The notes below the pieces were generated by a model. It made no database searches. It had not been told where the DNA came from and was given only the letters and a program-made list of their open reading frames with translations. The position numbers and the translations under genes were made by a program. Shown piece by piece: positions 59,772 to 64,000 of a stretch of 64,000 bases of DNA (position 1 is its first letter; each line of letters begins with the position of its first letter). Origin of the DNA: an uncultured Bacteroidota bacterium (GTDB lineage: Bacteria; Bacteroidota; Ignavibacteria; UBA10030; UBA6906); the NCBI GenBank assembly GCA_963700635.1, contig CAVOYH010000003.1, positions 448,001 through 512,000 on the forward strand, read 5' to 3'.

Positions 59772-60920
59772 ATGCGCCAACCGCTGAACATCCTCCAAAC
59801 GTGCTTTTCCCACTCGTGGGGGGGGCTGGAGATGCAGGCTCTTGAAGTTACACGGCGACTCCATGAGCGCGGCCACAACGTTTGGCTTGCCGCACCAGAG
59901 CACACCCGCCTTTGTACAGAAGCCACCCGTCAAACGATCAACATGCTCCCGCTGAATGTCACCGGATACGCCCATCCGATCCTCACCTGGAAACTCAGCC
60001 GATTCCTCAGGGACAAGAATATTGCCATAGTACACTGCCAGCATTCACGCGATCTCGCAACCGTTGTACCCGCACAACATATCTCCGGACGTGCTTGCCC
60101 CGTTCTGCTCAGTAAACGGGTAGGATCCTACATCAGCAAACATGATCTTTTCCACCGTTATACGTACGGGCGCCTCACGCGGGTCCTTGCCATCTCTGAA
60201 GTCATCCGGCGGAACGTGATCGCAACAACCCCCATAATAGCCGAAAAGGTCATGACTTTTCATGATGCTGTCGATCTTACGCTGTTTGATCCTGCGAAGG
60301 TTGACCGCAGCGAGGCGCGGCGCACTCTGGGGATTCGTGATGCAATGATGCCTACGTTCGGCTTTGTCGGACGGTTCTCACCAGGCAAAGGACATGAGGA
60401 GCTGATCGAGGCCGTCTCCCTTTTGAAGGAACGGCAACAGGTGTTTCATCTTGTGATCGTCGGGGAAGCAAGCCATGGGGAGGAACCGTACGCCGCTTCA
60501 ATACGCGCCATGGCCCACAACCGCGGTCTTGACGAAACGGTCACGTTCCTCGGCTACCGGGCAGATATTCCTACGGTGATGGCGGGCTTTGACGCTCTGG
60601 TGTTCCCCTCACACGCAGAATCGTTCGGGGTGGTGCTGATTGAGGCGATGGCAATGAAACGCGCGGTGGTTGCAACCAACTGTGATGGCGTGTTGGACAT
60701 CGTGGTGGATGGCGAAACCGGAATCATGGTGCCGCCCAAAGACGGGCGGCGGCTTGCCGAGGGAATGGCAAAACTTCTCGGTGATTCTTCTCTTCGCGCG
60801 CGTATGGGCGAGGCAGGGAGAAAACGTGTGGAAGAGCTGTTTGACCAGAACAAACAAATAGGCAGGCTCGAAGCCCTGTACGAGAGCCTGCTTTCCGGCC
60901 GGGGAGTCACCAATCCGTAA
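59772..60920 (+). CDS. Glycosyltransferase family 4
   Basis: WGGLE, GRFSPGKG and ESFGVVLIEAMA motifs. Confidence 0.92.
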   Translation: MRQPLNILQTCFSHSWGGLEMQALEVTRRLHERGHNVWLAAPEHTRLCTEATRQTINMLPLNVTGYAHPILTWKLSRFLRDKNIAIVHCQHSRDLATVVPAQHISGRACPVLLSKRVGSYISKHDLFHRYTYGRLTRVLAISEVIRRNVIATTPIIAEKVMTFHDAVDLTLFDPAKVDRSEARRTLGIRDAMMPTFGFVGRFSPGKGHEELIEAVSLLKERQQVFHLVIVGEASHGEEPYAASIRAMAHNRGLDETVTFLGYRADIPTVMAGFDALVFPSHAESFGVVLIEAMAMKRAVVATNCDGVLDIVVDGETGIMVPPKDGRRLAEGMAKLLGDSSLRARMGEAGRKRVEELFDQNKQIGRLEALYESLLSGRGVTNP

Positions 60921-62706
60921 CGGCCTCCGTCTGCAGGCGACGCAGAGCGTCCGGGTCAATTCTTCCCACCGGGTACACGTTGAGCGCCTTGTCACTCCAC
61001 GGTGATCGTAGATAAAGCCAGTTGAGCCGGCGTTCCGGGCTGCGGGCAAAACTCGTATCCGAAGTGACCGCTTCAAAAAAATCGGCCCTGAGTGCGGCAT
61101 CGTGCTGCAACATGGCCTTCCCCACCGATTCCATGACGTATTCTTCCGCATACTCTTTCTGCTCGAATATCGCGTTAAAAAAACCCCAGGCGGCAAAGGA
61201 GTCACCACTCCGCGGCTCCAGAAGATGCACTGCAACGTGCGCAGATCTCTGGTTTGTGGGCACCACTACGCTGCCCGCCGGAAAACGATACATCGAGATG
61301 AATGGTGTTGTCGTGTAGGATGCCGTTTGTCGCCCTTCATACGGCCGGGAAGCAAACCGGACATTGCTGAACAGTGTTCGTTCTGTTTCCAGGGACTCTG
61401 CCCTGACGGTTCGCAGGAACGTAATGCCGTGCAGTCTCAGGACCTCCGGCACAAAACGCCATTCCGGGGGGATGATATATGCTGCGGGAATGGCAACAGA
61501 ATCCACCACGACGATCCGATCATAGAAGGGGATATCAAGTTCATACGGTTCATTGGTATAGACTACGCGCCTGCCCCCGGAAACTTCACTGGGTTCCATC
61601 CGGTGCCGGATCCCCAGAAACCGCTTCGTGGTAAACGTTGAGTCCAGCGCGTACTTCAGCGTGACAACCGGATTGTCCTCCGGCCGGTACGTCGCGCGCT
61701 CCCGGTCTGCAGACCGAACGAGGCTGCGCAGCGTCGAGGGATTGGCGCCGGCCGAGTTCACCAGCGCGCGGAGGAACTGGTACGTTGCATCCACGCGTGT
61801 ACGATATGGTTTGAGCATGTGTGTTTCGATCAACACAGACGGACGGTTGTGCAGGGCCGCATACCCCGTGGAAAACCGGGGTGGGGCAGAACCACCTCCC
61901 ATACCTTTGCTCAGATCGAGTTCCTCGCGGGGGAACACGTACCAGAATATCGGATGTCCGGACATTTCCACGGCAGAAAGTACCGGAGGGAGAAACAGGT
62001 TCTCCACCCACCGTGCAACTTGGGGGTTGATGTTGGGCCCCAGCTCTGTTGCATAGGTCACGTCGTACTGCATGTCGATCCCGTCCGTTACATGGCAATC
62101 GATGTACAGATCGGGCAGCCACTCGTTAAAGAGCCGTAGCAGCGCACGCATCTCCGGGGCATCGGCTTTCATGTAGTCGCGGTTCAGATTCAGATTTTGT
62201 GCCGTCGTCCTCCAGCCCATCTCCGCCGGCCCGTTCTGGTTAATTCTGTTAAAGGGCCCGAAGCGTTCGTGGCCGTCGACACTCAGAATCGGAATAAAGA
62301 GAACGATCACACTGTCCAGCACCGCGGCGTCGGTGTTGTGGATCAGCATGTCGCGGAGAAGCAGAAGACCCGCATCTTTACCGTCTATCTCCCCGGCATG
62401 AATGCCGGCCTGGATGAGGACAACGGCCCGGCCCGTCTTGGCGGCAGCGGACGGCGTAAAGGCTTTCTCTTTTGAGACAATCAGGAGAGGGAGAGGACGC
62501 TGCTGCGGACTCATGCCAAACGTGGTGTAGTGCGCCAGGGGCGAGGCGGCGGCAAGGCGGCGACAAAAGGTGATGGTCTCCTCGTACCGGGACGTTCGTT
62601 CACCGCCGCTCCGTTCGTACTCGGTCCGCCAGTCGTCCGGCCCTGCCGCAAACACCACTGCAGGTGAAACAAGGAGAACGCTCAGGTAAAAAACGATTGT
62701 GCTCAT
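60907..62706 (-). CDS. M14 metallocarboxypeptidase, exported
   Basis: IHAGEIDG (HxxE), NLNRD, DCHVTDG and LIETH motifs; signal peptide. Confidence 0.9.
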   Translation of the reverse strand: MSTIVFYLSVLLVSPAVVFAAGPDDWRTEYERSGGERTSRYEETITFCRRLAAASPLAHYTTFGMSPQQRPLPLLIVSKEKAFTPSAAAKTGRAVVLIQAGIHAGEIDGKDAGLLLLRDMLIHNTDAAVLDSVIVLFIPILSVDGHERFGPFNRINQNGPAEMGWRTTAQNLNLNRDYMKADAPEMRALLRLFNEWLPDLYIDCHVTDGIDMQYDVTYATELGPNINPQVARWVENLFLPPVLSAVEMSGHPIFWYVFPREELDLSKGMGGGSAPPRFSTGYAALHNRPSVLIETHMLKPYRTRVDATYQFLRALVNSAGANPSTLRSLVRSADRERATYRPEDNPVVTLKYALDSTFTTKRFLGIRHRMEPSEVSGGRRVVYTNEPYELDIPFYDRIVVVDSVAIPAAYIIPPEWRFVPEVLRLHGITFLRTVRAESLETERTLFSNVRFASRPYEGRQTASYTTTPFISMYRFPAGSVVVPTNQRSAHVAVHLLEPRSGDSFAAWGFFNAIFEQKEYAEEYVMESVGKAMLQHDAALRADFFEAVTSDTSFARSPERRLNWLYLRSPWSDKALNVYPVGRIDPDALRRLQTEAVTDW

Positions 62707-62723
62707 AGCGGGCAGAATAGTGG

Positions 62724-63065
62724 TTAGTGAACCCAAAGAATCAGAAAGCCGGGATTGGCACTGCCGAGATCAGGGTCATCGTAAGCGCCCACAGTCCGGC
62801 GTACCGCCTGCGTGTCCGGGTCAAAGAGAGAATACCGTTCTCCCTCGATGATCGAACGAAAGTGCCGCCGGTGAAGGAACGCCCAGTTTCGCACGACGGT
62901 CTGTGTGGTGCCGCCTTTCCCGGAACTTCCATATCCGTGTATGATTTTGAGGAGACGGAGGTGACGTGATTGGCGAACATGGCGCCATGCGGCATCCAGA
63001 TCCTGTTCCACGACAGCCGCAGGCCTGGGTGGGTGCGCCACATCGATCGTGTAGAGAGATGTCAC
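62724..63065 (-). CDS. Stand-alone Smr (MutS2 C-terminal-like) domain protein
   Basis: TIDVAH, LLKIIHGYGSSGKGG and NPG motifs; start placed at GTG 63065 to avoid overlap with copZ. Confidence 0.7.
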   Translation of the reverse strand: MTSLYTIDVAHPPRPAAVVEQDLDAAWRHVRQSRHLRLLKIIHGYGSSGKGGTTQTVVRNWAFLHRRHFRSIIEGERYSLFDPDTQAVRRTVGAYDDPDLGSANPGFLILWVH

Positions 63066-63096
63066 GATTTGAACCGGATTCCAATGGGGGCAATGA

Positions 63097-63300
63097 TCAG
63101 GGTGCCGGAGTATAACCGGCTGCGGTAATCGCGCTGCGGACCAGTGATTCGGCGCGATCGGCGTCATCGGCCACGAACACAACGGCTCCAATGCGTACCA
63201 CTTTCACGGTAATACCGGAGATCTGGTCAAGCGCCTTCTTCACCGTCATAACGCAATGCTGGCATGTCATACCCTCAACACGAATTTCCCGCTCATGCAT
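63097..63300 (-). CDS. Heavy-metal-associated (CopZ-like) chaperone
   Basis: VEGMTCQHCV motif and AGY end; 67 aa. Confidence 0.88.
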   Translation of the reverse strand: MHEREIRVEGMTCQHCVMTVKKALDQISGITVKVVRIGAVVFVADDADRAESLVRSAITAAGYTPAP

Positions 63301-63416
63301 AATTCCTCATCCATCGTTCGATATCAAAGATCTGATTGAACATAATATAGACAGGTACGGATCAACATGCAATCTGCCCTTTTGCACATGGGGGCAAGGA
63401 TCGGTATCTTTTATCC

Positions 63417-64000
63417 ATGGAGAAGATCTCAGCGGAACATATCCGTAGGGTTGTGAAGATGTTTGGTCAGGCATCGCAGCGAACGGTGGTGTCCCGGGAT
63501 GATCTGATTCATGCCGCTGTTCTGGTACCGATTGTCATGACGGAAGGGGATGCGGAGCTGTTACTGACCCAGCGAACGGATAGGGTAGAAACGCACAAAG
63601 GACAGATCGCGTTTCCCGGGGGTATGGTGGATTCCGGGGACCGGGACCGGGAACACACGGCATTACGGGAAGCAGAAGAGGAGCTCGGGATTGTCCCTTC
63701 GGCGGTGGAGTTGTGCGGCATACTCGATGACCTTGCCACGCCGACGGGGTTTGTGATTACTCCGATCGTGGGACTGCTCACGGGACGCCCTGCTATGCAC
63801 CTGAATGAAGATGAGGTGGCCGAGGCGTTTTTTGTGCCATTGAGTTTTTTCTGTCGTCCGGATCATGTCGGACGCGAGTTCCGCAACGTGGGAGGGGAAC
63901 GGAGGGAAGTCTGGACGTATTATTACGACGGCCGTCGGATCTGGGGCGCGACGGCCGCGGTAATACGGCATTTGGTTACAATCGTTACGACGCCAGGGCC
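63417..64000 (+). CDS. Nudix CoA pyrophosphatase (NudL-like), runs off the window
   Basis: Manual translation AAVLVPI...LLLTQRT...HKGQIAFPGG...ALREAEEELG...IWGATA; absent from the ORF track because it has no stop. Confidence 0.88.
   Translation, partial: MEKISAEHIRRVVKMFGQASQRTVVSRDDLIHAAVLVPIVMTEGDAELLLTQRTDRVETHKGQIAFPGGMVDSGDRDREHTALREAEEELGIVPSAVELCGILDDLATPTGFVITPIVGLLTGRPAMHLNEDEVAEAFFVPLSFFCRPDHVGREFRNVGGERREVWTYYYDGRRIWGATAAVIRHLVTIVTTPG

Overview
A bacterial chromosomal window, probably from an Ignavibacteria/Bacteroidota-Chlorobiota-type organism (inferred from an 'FSLAQNYPNPFNP' T9SS C-terminal domain, a TonB receptor and a lamin-tail/FlgD protein). There are four parts. (1) 1-3030: a minus-strand carbohydrate-type operon with a UroD-family protein, a GPH/MelB MFS transporter and a GH141-like beta-helix lipoprotein with an apparent frameshift. 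(2) ~3040-21000: about 18 kb of unrelated, almost all co-oriented minus-strand genes, interspersed with degenerate long (~126-150 bp) attC-like sites and small internal gene fragments. It is headed by a GTTAGGC core site and a ~30-codon tyrosine-recombinase remnant in the same orientation as the genes, which I read as a decaying integron-like cassette array. (3) 24.3-37.7 kb: a complete group 3d bidirectional NAD-linked [NiFe]-hydrogenase locus (hypAB-hoxEFUYHW-hypFCDE) running directly into buk-ptb. (4) 37.7-64 kb: mixed core genes, including a TonB receptor/surface protein pair with four 11-bp-periodic upstream repeats, a STAS + cyclase-STAND-transmembrane + D-Ala-D-Ala dipeptidase unit, ppk1, tricorn protease, gltA, GT4, an M14 peptidase, Smr, CopZ and a Nudix hydrolase. 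All family assignments come from motif recognition by eye; no database searches were run.
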